Notes: a model not told the origin generated them from the sequence alone. A stretch of DNA of 64,000 nt from an uncultured Gemmatimonadaceae bacterium (GCA_964520345.1 CAZFMY010000014.1:10671-74670), one strand, 5' to 3'; shown: positions 1-10,155, counted from the first letter of the stretch. Numbers and translations are program-made.

Positions 1-2
1 AC

Positions 3-806
3 CAGGCCCGTGACGAAGGTTGGCTCCAGGAAATAGCGGAAAGCTCCTTTTACAACAATATCCGCGCCTACGACCGCTATCTCGGCGAATTCGAGTTCGA
101 CGCTGCAGCCTTTGCCGCTGATCTGGAGCGGATCGTCGTCGAACCACTGAGCGAAGTACAGCGCCTTTTCAAGGAGAAATCGTACCTCACCCGACTCTAC
201 ACCACGCTCTCGGCCGATGAGATGACGCTCGATCCGATTTTCTCCTACAATCCCGACCTGCCCCCCGTCGACAATATCCGCACCGCCGACGCCTATTGGG
301 ACTGCTCCGATGCGGAAAACACGCCGATCGAAGAGTGGGAACTGGTCATCACCCTAGCCGATGGGCGACAGATCCGCACCCGGCCTTTTGTCGACGGCGG
401 CCCGGGTCCCCTGCCCATCGGCGAGCCGGCCGCCGCCATCGTCGAACGATTCGATACCTCCGGCCCCCCTGAGACCATCCGCCGACTCACCGCAATCAGC
501 GAGAATGGAGGTGGGCCTGTCCCCTCGCACTGGTCATTAGAGCCCAACTACCCCAATCCATTCAACGCCAATACGGTCCTGCCCTTCCAGGCCGCTAACG
601 CTAGCGCCAACGCCGCCCTGCAGATTTACAATCTCCAGGGCCAGAAGATCCGCACGCTGCTAGCAGGCCCGGTCGGGCCCGGTTACCGCGAGGCGATCTG
701 GGACGGGCGCGACGCGAGCGGTCAGATCGTCGCCAGCGGCGTCTACCTCTACCGCCTGCAGGCCGGGTCGATCGCCCTGACGCGCAAACTGCTCTTTCTG
801 CGCTGA
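3..806 (+). CDS. Secreted protein truncated at its 5' end by the window edge, ending in a T9SS (Por) type-A C-terminal sorting domain; the body is tentatively DUF2330-like
   Basis: The frame of listed ORF 222..806 stays open back to nt 3 (hand translation QARDEGWLQEIAESSFYNNIRAYDRYLGEF...), so the gene enters from the left edge. The last ~85 aa (EPNYPNPFNANTVLPF...IYNLQGQKIRTLL...GVYLYRLQAG...KLLFLR) fit the T9SS CTD pattern. SYLTRLYTTLSADEMTLDPIF resembles a DUF2330 motif (from memory, unverified). Confidence 0.7.
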   Translation, partial: QARDEGWLQEIAESSFYNNIRAYDRYLGEFEFDAAAFAADLERIVVEPLSEVQRLFKEKSYLTRLYTTLSADEMTLDPIFSYNPDLPPVDNIRTADAYWDCSDAENTPIEEWELVITLADGRQIRTRPFVDGGPGPLPIGEPAAAIVERFDTSGPPETIRRLTAISENGGGPVPSHWSLEPNYPNPFNANTVLPFQAANASANAALQIYNLQGQKIRTLLAGPVGPGYREAIWDGRDASGQIVASGVYLYRLQAGSIALTRKLLFLR

Positions 807-811
807 ACCCT

Positions 812-1909
812 ATGCGCATCCAGATCCTCTCCCTGCTTCTCTGGCCAGTACTCTGCGCCGCGGTCGAGATCCCCGACCAGGGCCTGTCCCGGCAAGTGCG
901 CCAGACCCTGGGCAAGGAACGCGGCTCCCTGCAGAGCAAAGATTTCGACGGCCTGCGCATTCTCGAAGCCGACCGCAAGACCATCACCCGCCTCGACGGC
1001 CTCGGCGAGTTGCACGACCTAGAGCTGCTGCAACTCGCCAACAACCAGATCACCGACCTCAACCCCCTCCGCGGGCTGCGCCACCTCGACGAACTCGACC
1101 TGCGCAACAACGACATCGCCGACCTCACTCCCCTAGCCGATCTCAATAGCCTGCGCGAGCTCTACCTGCAAACCAATAAGATCCGCGACCTCAACCCCCT
1201 AGCCCGACTAGAACACCTCCGCAAACTGGCACTTAATGCCAATCCATTGCAGGATATTGGACCCCTCGCCAGCCTGGTCGGCCTATCTCAACTCGACCTC
1301 ACCCAATGTGGAATCCGCGATCTGGAACCGCTCTCGACCCTCCAGACCCTGACCCATCTCAATGCCGCAACCAACCAGCTCGAAGATCTCGGCGCGGTCC
1401 TCGAACTAACCCGACTCAGCCACCTCAACGTTTGGGGCAATCGAATCGCCGACCTCAACCCCCTAGCCAATCTGCACCAACTCCACCACCTCAACCTCTC
1501 GGCCAATCGAATCGCCGACCTCAACCCTCTGACCAACCTGCATCAACTGCGCACCTTGCGCCTCGATGCCAACCGGATTAAAGACCTCAAGCCCCTCGCA
1601 GATCTCCCATCTCTCGTCGAACTCCGCCTCGCCGACAATCAAATAAAAGATCTCCATTCCCTGAGCGATTTAAGCCTCGAGATCCTCGACTTGACACACA
1701 ATCAAATCACTGATCTCGATCCGTTGCGCACTCTGGAACATCTTCGGATCCTCCGCCTCGCCAACAACCAGATCGCCGATCTCGAGCCCCTGCTCGAACT
1801 CCAATCCTTGACGATACTGGAAATCTGGCACAATCAACTCTCCCCGGCCGCACTCGGTACCCAGATACCCTCTTTGCAGTCGCGCGGCGTACAGGTTTAC
1901 TACCAATGA
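812..1909 (+). CDS. Secreted leucine-rich-repeat protein (internalin-type 22-residue LRRs)
   Basis: Signal-like N-terminus MRIQILSLLLWPVLCAAVE. About 13 consecutive units of LxxLxxLxLxxNxIxDLxPLxx (e.g. LHQLHHLNLSANRIADLNPLTN). Starts 6 nt after the preceding gene. No T9SS CTD at its C-terminus. Confidence 0.85.
   Translation: MRIQILSLLLWPVLCAAVEIPDQGLSRQVRQTLGKERGSLQSKDFDGLRILEADRKTITRLDGLGELHDLELLQLANNQITDLNPLRGLRHLDELDLRNNDIADLTPLADLNSLRELYLQTNKIRDLNPLARLEHLRKLALNANPLQDIGPLASLVGLSQLDLTQCGIRDLEPLSTLQTLTHLNAATNQLEDLGAVLELTRLSHLNVWGNRIADLNPLANLHQLHHLNLSANRIADLNPLTNLHQLRTLRLDANRIKDLKPLADLPSLVELRLADNQIKDLHSLSDLSLEILDLTHNQITDLDPLRTLEHLRILRLANNQIADLEPLLELQSLTILEIWHNQLSPAALGTQIPSLQSRGVQVYYQ
950..1862 (+). 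repeat. In-frame tandem array of 66-nt (22-codon) LRR units
   Basis: Period-66 repetition is visible at nucleotide level. For example, aatcgaatcgccgacctcaaccc occurs exactly at 1439..1461 and again at 1505..1527. Confidence 0.85.
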
Positions 1910-2049
1910 GCCCACCGCCCGAATCAATACCTGCACGCCTTATACCACCCCCAAAAAATCACACCTACCCGCCGGCCGGAAACCGATCTACATAACATCT
2001 CAACAACTGTATTTATCGGGAAAAGAAACGACGCCCAGACACCTCGAAC

Positions 2050-4653
2050 TCAGGCAGAGAGTCTACCGAGCAGACGCTGGCTCAATATATCGAGTACCTC
2101 GTAGTTGACAATCTTCTGTCCCTCGGCATCGACAATATAGATAGCGTCCTGCGCCCGCGCCGCAACCGTATTGATGATCGCCATATGAATATTGAGATCC
2201 ATATCGGCCAATTCATAGGCGATTCTGTAGAGCAGCCCGACATCGTCCTGAGCTTCGATATCAATCACCGTGTAATAGGCGGATATCTGGTTGTCGAACT
2301 CGACGCGCGGCGATTGTTCGTGCTGCTGTTTTTTGCGCCGTCGATCCCAATTGCTGCTATAGCGCTTGATCAGTTCGCGAGCCTTTAGTTTCAGTGAAAT
2401 AACCTCCGCCAACTGTTCGCGCACCCGCTGCTGCTTCCACTCGGGCAGCACTGCACTACCGTCGATATCGGTCACCTGAAAAATATCGAGCACCACCTCG
2501 TCATCGCGGGTATGGAGGTCGGCGCGGAGAATATTGATATCGTTGACCGCCAGGACTCCACAGATCTTGGCCATCAACTGATGCTGATCACAAGCGCAGA
2601 TCGCGATTTCGGTATGGCCCTGTTGCTCGATGAATTTCACATCGAAGAGTTGCTGCTGGCCTAAGCGGCCAATCATCTCCAGGTGCATTTCGACCTGTCC
2701 GCGGTCGTAGGCTATCAGGTAGCGCGGTGGCAAGCGCTCGACGTGCTCTTTGAACTGGACGACCATCTGCTCCGACCAGCGACCTGAGATATGCTCGAGA
2801 TGCCCGGCGAGCACGCGCCGGGCGCGTTCTTTCTCCTCCAGCGTCTGCAGCCCCGAGCGCAATTGTTCGACAGTCTTGGAGTAGAGTTCCCAGAGCAAGG
2901 CCTCTTGCCAGTCGGTCCAGGCGTCGGGCGAAACCGCCGAAAGATCGGCATAGGAGATCAGATAAAGCGACTTGAGCCATTCCATATTGGCAAAGAGCTC
3001 GGAGAATTCGACAATCATTTCGTAATCGTCGAGGTCGCGGCGTCTGGAAATCAGCACCATCTCCTGGTGGTTCTCGACCAGGAAAAGCAGCATCGACTGC
3101 TCTTCTTCGGTAAGACCCATTCTTTCGCTCAAGACCGCGCACATCTCGATACCGCGCACAATGTGGTCGTCTCGTTTCGACTTGCCCACATCGTGCAAAA
3201 GCACCGCCAAAAAAAGCAGATCACGACGCTCACACTCGACGAAAATCTCCGCCATCGATCCCTCTCTCTGCCCCAGGGCTTCGAGGTTTTCCAACGCCAC
3301 CAGCGTATGTTCGTCGACGGTGTAGATATGGTAGATATCGTATTGGACCAGACAGGTCAGTCCTCCGAATTCGGGCAGATAAGCGCCCAGTACGCCCAGA
3401 TCGTGTAAGCGGCGAAGCGTCAGAGCAACGCGATCTTTGTGATTGAGTATTTTGAGGAAAATATCGCGATGGGCGAGCGAGCGTCTGAAGCCATCATCGA
3501 TCAAGTGCAAACAAGCGTGAACCGTGCGCTGCGCCTCCTCGCTCAATTCCAGGTTTTTCATTTGCGCAGTGAGAAAAATCCCCAGCAGGCGCTCGGGTTT
3601 CTCGGCAAAATACTCCTCGCCATCGGCCAGGAGGATCTCCCCGTCCACCGAAGCCACACCGCGTTCGAGATACATGCTGCGACGGCTGTTACGCGGTTTG
3701 CGCCTGAGTCGCCGAAAGGCCAATTCGACCAGGTGATAGGTGGTGCGCGCATGCAGATAGTAGTCGCGCATAAAGCGCTCGACGGCCAGTTCCTGGAACT
3801 CGTCTTCGTAGCCCAATCCGGCCGCGATCTGCGGCTTGAGGTCGTGTTCGAGCACATCGCGCTTGCGCCCCACCGCGAAATGGAGCGCATGACGTACCCG
3901 CCAGAGGAAGGTCCGAGAGCGGGCCAGTCTCTCGACATCACCGGCATCGAGGTACTGGCCTCTAAGCTCGTTCACTTCGGGCGTTTTGGCTTTGGCCTTG
4001 AGTGCCCAATCGAAAACCTGCATCTCACGCAGGCCACCGGGACTCTCCTTGATATTGGGTTCTAAAAGCTGGACCGACTGCCAGGCAGCCACTCGCTGTC
4101 TGCGCCAGGTATCGAGATCCGATATCGTGCGTTTGGGCACCCGCTTGTAGAGCCGCTCCTGAAACTCGACAAAGAACGTCTCATCGCCAGCGAGCAGACG
4201 CCCATCCATCATCGCGGTACGCGATTCCAGGTCTTCGCGTGCCAGTTGGACACTCTCGGCCAGGGTACGGCTGCTGTGCCCCACCTCGAAACCCAAATCC
4301 CAGAGGGGATTGAGCACTCCGGAGACAAATTCGGGTACTTTGTCCTGTTCCTTCTCACACAAAAAAAGCAGATCGACATCGGAATGAGGTGCCATTTCGC
4401 AGCGACCATAACCGCCCAACGCCACCAGAGCATGGGCACCGGAAGCCCGATCGACGACGCGCCGATAGGTCGCGAGAACTACCGCATCCATCACCACGGC
4501 GATTTCCCGAGCCAGTTCCTGGCCACCGACCTCGGCCCGGTGATCGGCCTCAATCCGCTCCAACGCCTCAACCCACAACGGCCGCAATACCGTCCCAAGC
4601 GAGTCGTCGGTCGCTTGCTGCACTTTGATTTCGATCTCTTCCAATAACTGCAT
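2050..4653 (-). CDS. glnD: [Protein-PII] uridylyltransferase / uridylyl-removing enzyme GlnD
   Basis: 868 aa from ATG 4651..4653 (MQLLEEIEIKV...). Nucleotidyltransferase core ALVALGGYGRCEMAPHSDVDLLFL, HD domain (LLHDVGK) and two C-terminal ACT-like regions. The Arg-rich N-terminal extension in the 935-aa ORF-track version overlaps lon and is rejected. Confidence 0.9.
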   Translation of the reverse strand: MQLLEEIEIKVQQATDDSLGTVLRPLWVEALERIEADHRAEVGGQELAREIAVVMDAVVLATYRRVVDRASGAHALVALGGYGRCEMAPHSDVDLLFLCEKEQDKVPEFVSGVLNPLWDLGFEVGHSSRTLAESVQLAREDLESRTAMMDGRLLAGDETFFVEFQERLYKRVPKRTISDLDTWRRQRVAAWQSVQLLEPNIKESPGGLREMQVFDWALKAKAKTPEVNELRGQYLDAGDVERLARSRTFLWRVRHALHFAVGRKRDVLEHDLKPQIAAGLGYEDEFQELAVERFMRDYYLHARTTYHLVELAFRRLRRKPRNSRRSMYLERGVASVDGEILLADGEEYFAEKPERLLGIFLTAQMKNLELSEEAQRTVHACLHLIDDGFRRSLAHRDIFLKILNHKDRVALTLRRLHDLGVLGAYLPEFGGLTCLVQYDIYHIYTVDEHTLVALENLEALGQREGSMAEIFVECERRDLLFLAVLLHDVGKSKRDDHIVRGIEMCAVLSERMGLTEEEQSMLLFLVENHQEMVLISRRRDLDDYEMIVEFSELFANMEWLKSLYLISYADLSAVSPDAWTDWQEALLWELYSKTVEQLRSGLQTLEEKERARRVLAGHLEHISGRWSEQMVVQFKEHVERLPPRYLIAYDRGQVEMHLEMIGRLGQQQLFDVKFIEQQGHTEIAICACDQHQLMAKICGVLAVNDINILRADLHTRDDEVVLDIFQVTDIDGSAVLPEWKQQRVREQLAEVISLKLKARELIKRYSSNWDRRRKKQQHEQSPRVEFDNQISAYYTVIDIEAQDDVGLLYRIAYELADMDLNIHMAIINTVAARAQDAIYIVDAEGQKIVNYEVLDILSQRLLGRLSA

Positions 4654-4657
4654 CGAC

Positions 4658-7201
4658 CTAGCTCGCGCTCCGAGCCTTGCGGCGGGAAGCCTTCTTCGTC
4701 GCCGGTGCTTTTTTGCCGGCTTTCCGCCTGGGCCGCCTCTTGCGCACTCTGCCCTTCTTGTCGAGTACCTGACGCAGAACCTCGTCGATATGATCGACCA
4801 GTACGAAGTGCAAGCGGCGGCGCACCGCTGCCGGGATCTCGTCGAGATCCGATTCATTGCGCTTGGGCATCACCACCGTGCGAATCCCCGCCCGTTGCGC
4901 CGCCAAGGCCTTGTCGCGAATTCCACCCACCGGCAGCACTCTGCCGCGCAAGGTAATCTCACCGGTCATCGCGATCCCGCTCTTGACCGGATACCCCGTA
5001 AAGAGCGAGACCAGAGCTGCTGTCAGAGCAATCCCGGCCGAAGGCCCCTCCTTGGGAGTGGCTCCCGCTGGCACATGGAGGTGTATATCGGACTCGTCGA
5101 AGAAATCAATGTCGATTTTCAATAATTCGGCCTGGGCCCGAATCCAACTCAGTGCCGCTCGCGCCGACTCCTGCATCACATCGCCCAACTGACCGGTGAG
5201 AATCAGCTTCTTGCTCCCCGGCATCCGCGTCGCCTCGATAAAGAGGATCTCGCCCCCGGCCGCGGTCGCCGCCAACCCGGTAGCCATCCCCACTTCGGCC
5301 TCGGCCTCAGCCGTCTCGTGGAAAAAAGGAGCCGCCCCCAGATAGGTCACTATATTTTTCTCGTCCACTTTGATCCGCCGTTTGCGACCCTCGACAAACT
5401 TTCGCGCCACCTTGCGACAGATTGTCCCCAGTGCCCGATCCATATTGCGCAGTCCCGCTTCACGCGTATAGTCTCCGATCAGGCGTTCGAGGGCGCTCTC
5501 GCCTATCTGCAGGTGGCGCTCGTCAATCCCATGCGCGACAAGTTGGCGTGGCAGCAGATGGCGGCGGGCGATCTGCGCTTTTTCTTCCGGGGTATAGCCC
5601 GAGAGCGGAATTTCCTCCATCCGATCCCGCAGGGGACCGGGCACCGACCCGAGCAGATTAGCGGTGGCGATGAACACGACCTTGGACAAATCGAAAGGCA
5701 CGTCTAGATAGTGATCGGCAAAAGTGTCGTTTTGTTCGGGATCCAGCACTTCTAAGAGCGCCGCTGACGGGTCGCCGCGAAAATCCGCCCCCAGTTTGTC
5801 GATCTCGTCGAGCATGAAGACGGGATTGTTGGTCCCCGCCTTGCGCAGCCCCTGGACGATCCGACCGGGCAGGGCGCCGACATAGGTGCGGCGATGGCCG
5901 CGGATCTCAGACTCGTCGCGAACTCCTCCCAGAGAGATCCGCACAAATTTGCGCCCCAGAGCCCGAGCGATGGATTGACCCAGCGAGGTCTTGCCCACCC
6001 CGGGCGGCCCCACAAAGCACAGAATCGGCCCCTTCATCTCCTGACGCAGAGTCCGCACTGCCAGGTATTCGAGCACCCGCTCCTTGATCTTTTCCAGCCC
6101 GTAGTGATCCTCGTCGAGAATCCGAGTAGCTTCCGAGATCTCTAAATCATCCGGCGTCGCAACGCTCCAGGGCATCTCGATCATCCAGTCGAGATAGGTC
6201 CTCACTACCGAGTACTCGGGCGAACTCTGCTGCATTTTCTCCATCCGGTCCAGCTCGCGCGAAACAACCGTTAGCGCCTCTTCGCTCATTCCCGCCGCAG
6301 CGATTTTTTCACGCAGTTCATCGACTTCGGCCAGCAGCGGATCCGAACCACTCAACTCCTTCTGAATCTGTCTGAGCTGCTCGCGCAGAAAATATTCGCG
6401 CTGCGACTTGCCCAGCTTCTCCTGAACCTGAGTCTGAATCCGGTTGCCCACTTCGAGGATCTCCAACTCGCGCACCAACAACTCGGTTAGGTACTCGAGA
6501 CGAGCCTCGATATCGAGAGCTTCGAGCAATTGTTGGTGTTCTTCGAGCTGCAGGTCGAGATTGGAAGCGATAAAATCTGCGAGCCGTCCTGGATGGTCGA
6601 TGTTGACCACCATGATCTGCAATTCGTCCGGCAGATGGGGCAAGAGTTTGACAATCGACTGGAACTGCTGATGCACCGAGCGACACATCGCCTGTACCGC
6701 CATCGAGTCCGCAGCACTCTGATCATCGAGCGGTGCCAGAACCGCCCGGGGATAGGGCTCGACTTGGACGGCTGCACCCAGGGTCGCCCGACTTAGACCC
6801 TGGACGATCAACCGTACCGAGCCGTCGGGCAGACGCCAGACTTTGTGGATCTTGGCAATCGCCCCCACTGCATAGAGCTGGTCGATATCGGGATCCTCGA
6901 GTTCGGGATCTTTCTGCGCGAAGATTCCGACCAGATTATCATCCGCCTCCGCCGCCTCAATAGCCGCGATCGACTGCGGCCTGGTCGCGGTCAACTGCTG
7001 CGGCATATAGGGGTAGACGACGCTGTTTCTCAGCGGAAAAATGCCCAATTCTGCAGGCAGATCCAAATTCGTTGCTGCGCTTTCGATTTCGCTCAACGAT
7101 GCACTCCCGAACCGCGGATTGGCGGCAAACCGGCGCGGGATTGTCCCGCAATATAAAGAGAGTTTAAGATTGGAATCGAAGCAGTCAGTGTCAAGAGCCA
7201 C
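4658..7201 (-). CDS. lon: ATP-dependent Lon protease (endopeptidase La)
   Basis: LON N-domain (FPLRNSVVYPYMP), AAA+ Walker A GPPGVGKTS, Walker B FMLDEIDK, and a protease domain with PKEGPSAGIA (Ser) and GGIRDKALAAQRAG (Lys). The start is uncertain: there is a ~45-aa extension relative to typical Lon, and an internal TTG start is possible. Confidence 0.93.
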   Translation of the reverse strand: MALDTDCFDSNLKLSLYCGTIPRRFAANPRFGSASLSEIESAATNLDLPAELGIFPLRNSVVYPYMPQQLTATRPQSIAAIEAAEADDNLVGIFAQKDPELEDPDIDQLYAVGAIAKIHKVWRLPDGSVRLIVQGLSRATLGAAVQVEPYPRAVLAPLDDQSAADSMAVQAMCRSVHQQFQSIVKLLPHLPDELQIMVVNIDHPGRLADFIASNLDLQLEEHQQLLEALDIEARLEYLTELLVRELEILEVGNRIQTQVQEKLGKSQREYFLREQLRQIQKELSGSDPLLAEVDELREKIAAAGMSEEALTVVSRELDRMEKMQQSSPEYSVVRTYLDWMIEMPWSVATPDDLEISEATRILDEDHYGLEKIKERVLEYLAVRTLRQEMKGPILCFVGPPGVGKTSLGQSIARALGRKFVRISLGGVRDESEIRGHRRTYVGALPGRIVQGLRKAGTNNPVFMLDEIDKLGADFRGDPSAALLEVLDPEQNDTFADHYLDVPFDLSKVVFIATANLLGSVPGPLRDRMEEIPLSGYTPEEKAQIARRHLLPRQLVAHGIDERHLQIGESALERLIGDYTREAGLRNMDRALGTICRKVARKFVEGRKRRIKVDEKNIVTYLGAAPFFHETAEAEAEVGMATGLAATAAGGEILFIEATRMPGSKKLILTGQLGDVMQESARAALSWIRAQAELLKIDIDFFDESDIHLHVPAGATPKEGPSAGIALTAALVSLFTGYPVKSGIAMTGEITLRGRVLPVGGIRDKALAAQRAGIRTVVMPKRNESDLDEIPAAVRRRLHFVLVDHIDEVLRQVLDKKGRVRKRRPRRKAGKKAPATKKASRRKARSAS

Positions 7202-7371
7202 AACCTAGAGCCACAAGGCTCCGGACCGATCAGAGTACTACGCGATAATTGGCCGTGAATGAGCCGCGATACCGAGGCTTATTCACGCAATTGACAAGGA
7301 GAGCCGCTTTTCGTTTTGTATAAGCTCATACTCTAAACGCCAGCAGCCCCAAGCCTTGCAAAGGACCTTAA

Positions 7372-8670
7372 TTGGGAGAGGATCTCAAGCCGCACCAAGA
7401 ACGCGTAATTCTCGTCGGCGTCGTCCTGCCCGGCATGCCTTCCTGGGAAGCCGAAGACTCGCTCGATGAACTCAGCCGCCTGGTCGACACCGCCAATCTA
7501 GTCGAAGTCGAGCGCGTGCTCCAATCGCGCGACCGCATCGACCCGGCCCATTACCTGGGCAAGGGCAAAGCCGCAGAGCTCAAGACGCTGGCCGGCAAGC
7601 ACCAGGCCGATATTATCGTCTTTGACAATGACCTATCCCCGGCCCAGATGCGCAATTTGGAAAATACTACCAATCGGCGCATCCTCGACCGCAGTGCCGT
7701 CATCCTCGACATTTTCTCGCGCCATGCCCGTACCCGCACCGCCCAAATTCAGGTCGAACTCGCCCAGCTCAACTATCTCTTACCCCGCCTGACCCGCTAC
7801 TGGAACCATCTCTCGCGCCAGGCCGGAGGAGGCGCCATCCGCGGCATGGGCTCGGCCGGTGTCCGCGGCCCAGGTGAAACCCAGCTCGAGATCGACCGCC
7901 GCCTGATCCGCCGTCAGATCAACACCCTCGGGGCCAAGCTCAAAAAGATCGATGTCCAGATGGCGACCAACCGCAAAAACCGCACCGATATCTTTAAAGT
8001 CGCCCTAGTCGGCTATACCAATGCCGGCAAGTCCACCTTGATGCGGGCGCTCTCCGGGTCCGAGGTCCTGATCCAGGATCAGCTCTTCGCCACCCTCGAT
8101 TCAACTACCCGAGCAGTCGATCTCGACCACAACCACAAGATTTTGCTCACCGATACGGTCGGTTTCATCAAGCGCCTTCCCCACCACCTCTTTGCCTCTT
8201 TTCGCGCCACGCTCGAGGAAGCGATCAAAGCCGACCTGCTCCTGCACGTCATCGATTTGAGTTTCCCCCATTACGAGTCGCAGATCGATACCGTAGATCA
8301 GGTACTGCTGAGCCTAGGGCTCGAAAAAAGCCCCACCCTGATGGTCTACAACAAAATTGACCAGGTCGCTCCCGGCACCGAGGATCAAATTATCAGTGCC
8401 TACGCCGAACGCGAAAACACCATCGCAGTATCGGCCCACAAAGCGATCGGCATCGATGCACTGAGGGAAAAAATACTCTCCTACAGCATCGCCGAGGATA
8501 TCACTCTGGAACTCCAGGTCCCTCAGGCCGAAGGTCGGCTGCTGGCCCACCTACACCAGCAGGGCCAGATCCTCGAAGAAAGCTATGTCGACAACGATGT
8601 CTGCCTGCGCGTTCGCCTCGAAAAAACCTGGGCTCAGCGCTTGAAGCTCGAACGCTTCGTTGCCGCCTGA
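7372..8670 (+). CDS. hflX: GTPase HflX
   Basis: HflX N-domain (ERVILVGV..., LAQLNYLLPRL), G1 GYTNAGKST, G3 DTVGF, G4 NKID. TTG start as listed. Confidence 0.9.
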   Translation: MGEDLKPHQERVILVGVVLPGMPSWEAEDSLDELSRLVDTANLVEVERVLQSRDRIDPAHYLGKGKAAELKTLAGKHQADIIVFDNDLSPAQMRNLENTTNRRILDRSAVILDIFSRHARTRTAQIQVELAQLNYLLPRLTRYWNHLSRQAGGGAIRGMGSAGVRGPGETQLEIDRRLIRRQINTLGAKLKKIDVQMATNRKNRTDIFKVALVGYTNAGKSTLMRALSGSEVLIQDQLFATLDSTTRAVDLDHNHKILLTDTVGFIKRLPHHLFASFRATLEEAIKADLLLHVIDLSFPHYESQIDTVDQVLLSLGLEKSPTLMVYNKIDQVAPGTEDQIISAYAERENTIAVSAHKAIGIDALREKILSYSIAEDITLELQVPQAEGRLLAHLHQQGQILEESYVDNDVCLRVRLEKTWAQRLKLERFVAA

Positions 8671-8671
8671 A

Positions 8672-9262
8672 CTATGCAGCCAGATAACCCCGTTCCACCG
8701 CTTCGTCGATCAGCTTCCGCACATAGACCCAGAGCGCTGGCGCCCCTTCCTGAATATGTTCGTTACGAGCGATCACCTGGGCTTTGCAGATTCCGTGCCG
8801 TCGCCATGCTGCTCCCTGGGTATGAAAATTGAGCAAGATCGGCTGCAGCCGATCGAGCGCCGCCGCATAGCGTGCTTCGGGGCTCTGCCGCGCCTCGAAT
8901 TCATCCCAAAGGGCGCGTAAAACCGTAGCCTGGTCAGAGGGCAACAAGCCGAAGAGGCGGTCGGCAGCCTTTTGTTCGCGCTCGTCCTTGTCCTCCAGCG
9001 CGGCCTGATCGTAGACAAAGGTATCGCCCGCGTCGATCTCCACCACGTCGTGGATCAAGAGCATCTTGAGTACCCGTAGCAGATCGACTTCTGCACTGGC
9101 ATGTTCGACGAGCAGGATCGCCATCAGACTCAAATGCCACGAGTGCTCGGCGTCGTTCTCCCGGCGCTTATCGCCCGGCAAGAGCGTCTGGCGGAAGATC
9201 TGCTTTAGCTGCTCTACTTCGAGGATAAAACCCAACTGGATCTCGAGACGCTGCGCCTCCAT
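8672..9262 (-). CDS. HD-domain phosphohydrolase (YfbR/HDDC2-like 5'-deoxynucleotidase family)
   Basis: Metal-binding pattern EHSWH ... LIHDVVEIDAGD. The ~196-aa size is typical of this family. Confidence 0.75.
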   Translation of the reverse strand: MEAQRLEIQLGFILEVEQLKQIFRQTLLPGDKRRENDAEHSWHLSLMAILLVEHASAEVDLLRVLKMLLIHDVVEIDAGDTFVYDQAALEDKDEREQKAADRLFGLLPSDQATVLRALWDEFEARQSPEARYAAALDRLQPILLNFHTQGAAWRRHGICKAQVIARNEHIQEGAPALWVYVRKLIDEAVERGYLAA

Positions 9263-9318
9263 CTGTCACTCCACAGGAATTTTTGCTTAGTATTGGGGAT
9301 ATAACCGAGAGAATAAAA

Positions 9319-10155
9319 ATGAAAACTAAGGTCCTCAAAGTCCAGTCTGAAAACCAGTGGTTCCAACGCGCCGAAGTACTCAAACGCAACCGCAAGAAGC
9401 GCACTCAACACCGACAGTTCTTCGTCGAAGGCGTGTCGTCGATCAATCAGCTCGTCGATCGCGATGAATGGACAATCGAAGCCCTGCTCTATACCCCGGA
9501 TCGTCCACTATCGAATTGGGCGCGCACCGTGCTCGCCAAAGCGAGCGCACATCACCGCTTGGAACTCAGCGCCCCGCTGCTGGACAAGCTCAGCGACAAG
9601 GAAGACCCGTCCGAGCTCCTGGCCATCGTCGCAATACCCGCCGACGATCCCGGGCGGATCCCCATTCGCCCAGACGCACTGATCGCGCTCGCCGACCGGC
9701 CGGCCAACCCCGGTAATCTAGGCACCCTGATTCGCTCCTGCGAAGCCTTCGGCGTCGACGGCCTCGTCATCACCGGCCACGCCGCCGACCTCTACGACCC
9801 CCGTACCATTCGCGCGGCGACCGGCTCGCTCTTTGCCCTGCCGACGACATATATCTCTTCCCAGATCGAGCTCTCGCGATGGTTGGACCAGATCCGCTGC
9901 CAGATCCCCACCCTCCAGATAGTCGGCACCAGCGCCCGGGGGGCGACTCTCCTCTCCAACGCCTCGCTCACCGCACCGACGCTGCTCATCATCGGCAACG
10001 AAGCCAGCGGCCTGAGCCAACGCTGCCGCGAGTACTGCGACCAGATCGTCACCATCCCCATGGCCGGGCAAATGCCGTCTTTGAACATGGCCAGCGCCGC
10101 CGCCGTTTTTCTCTACGAAATCCAACGACAGCGCAGATCCGTCCATAACGATTGA
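9319..10155 (+). CDS. TrmH/SpoU-family RNA 2'-O-methyltransferase
   Basis: SpoU motifs ADRPANPGNLGTLIRSCEAFG, LLIIGNEASGLS and VTIPMAGQMPSLNMASAAAVFLYE. ATG 9319 (MKTKVLKV...) is preferred over the listed TTG 9283. Confidence 0.8.
   Translation: MKTKVLKVQSENQWFQRAEVLKRNRKKRTQHRQFFVEGVSSINQLVDRDEWTIEALLYTPDRPLSNWARTVLAKASAHHRLELSAPLLDKLSDKEDPSELLAIVAIPADDPGRIPIRPDALIALADRPANPGNLGTLIRSCEAFGVDGLVITGHAADLYDPRTIRAATGSLFALPTTYISSQIELSRWLDQIRCQIPTLQIVGTSARGATLLSNASLTAPTLLIIGNEASGLSQRCREYCDQIVTIPMAGQMPSLNMASAAAVFLYEIQRQRRSVHND

Noticed and set aside
4654-4857. N-terminal 68 aa of the listed 935-aa GlnD ORF
   Set aside because: The stretch is Arg-rich junk that overlaps the 3' end of lon. ATG 4653 gives a normal GlnD N-terminus.
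7291-7324. TTGACA ... TATAAG promoter-like pair upstream of hflX
   Set aside because: The spacer is 22 nt by my count, which is too long for a sigma70-type promoter. Not reported as a feature.
8668-8674. Convergent hflX and HD-hydrolase stop codons only 1 nt apart
   Set aside because: This is genuine but unremarkable compaction. No structure or element is visible, and it only implies overlapping 3' UTRs.
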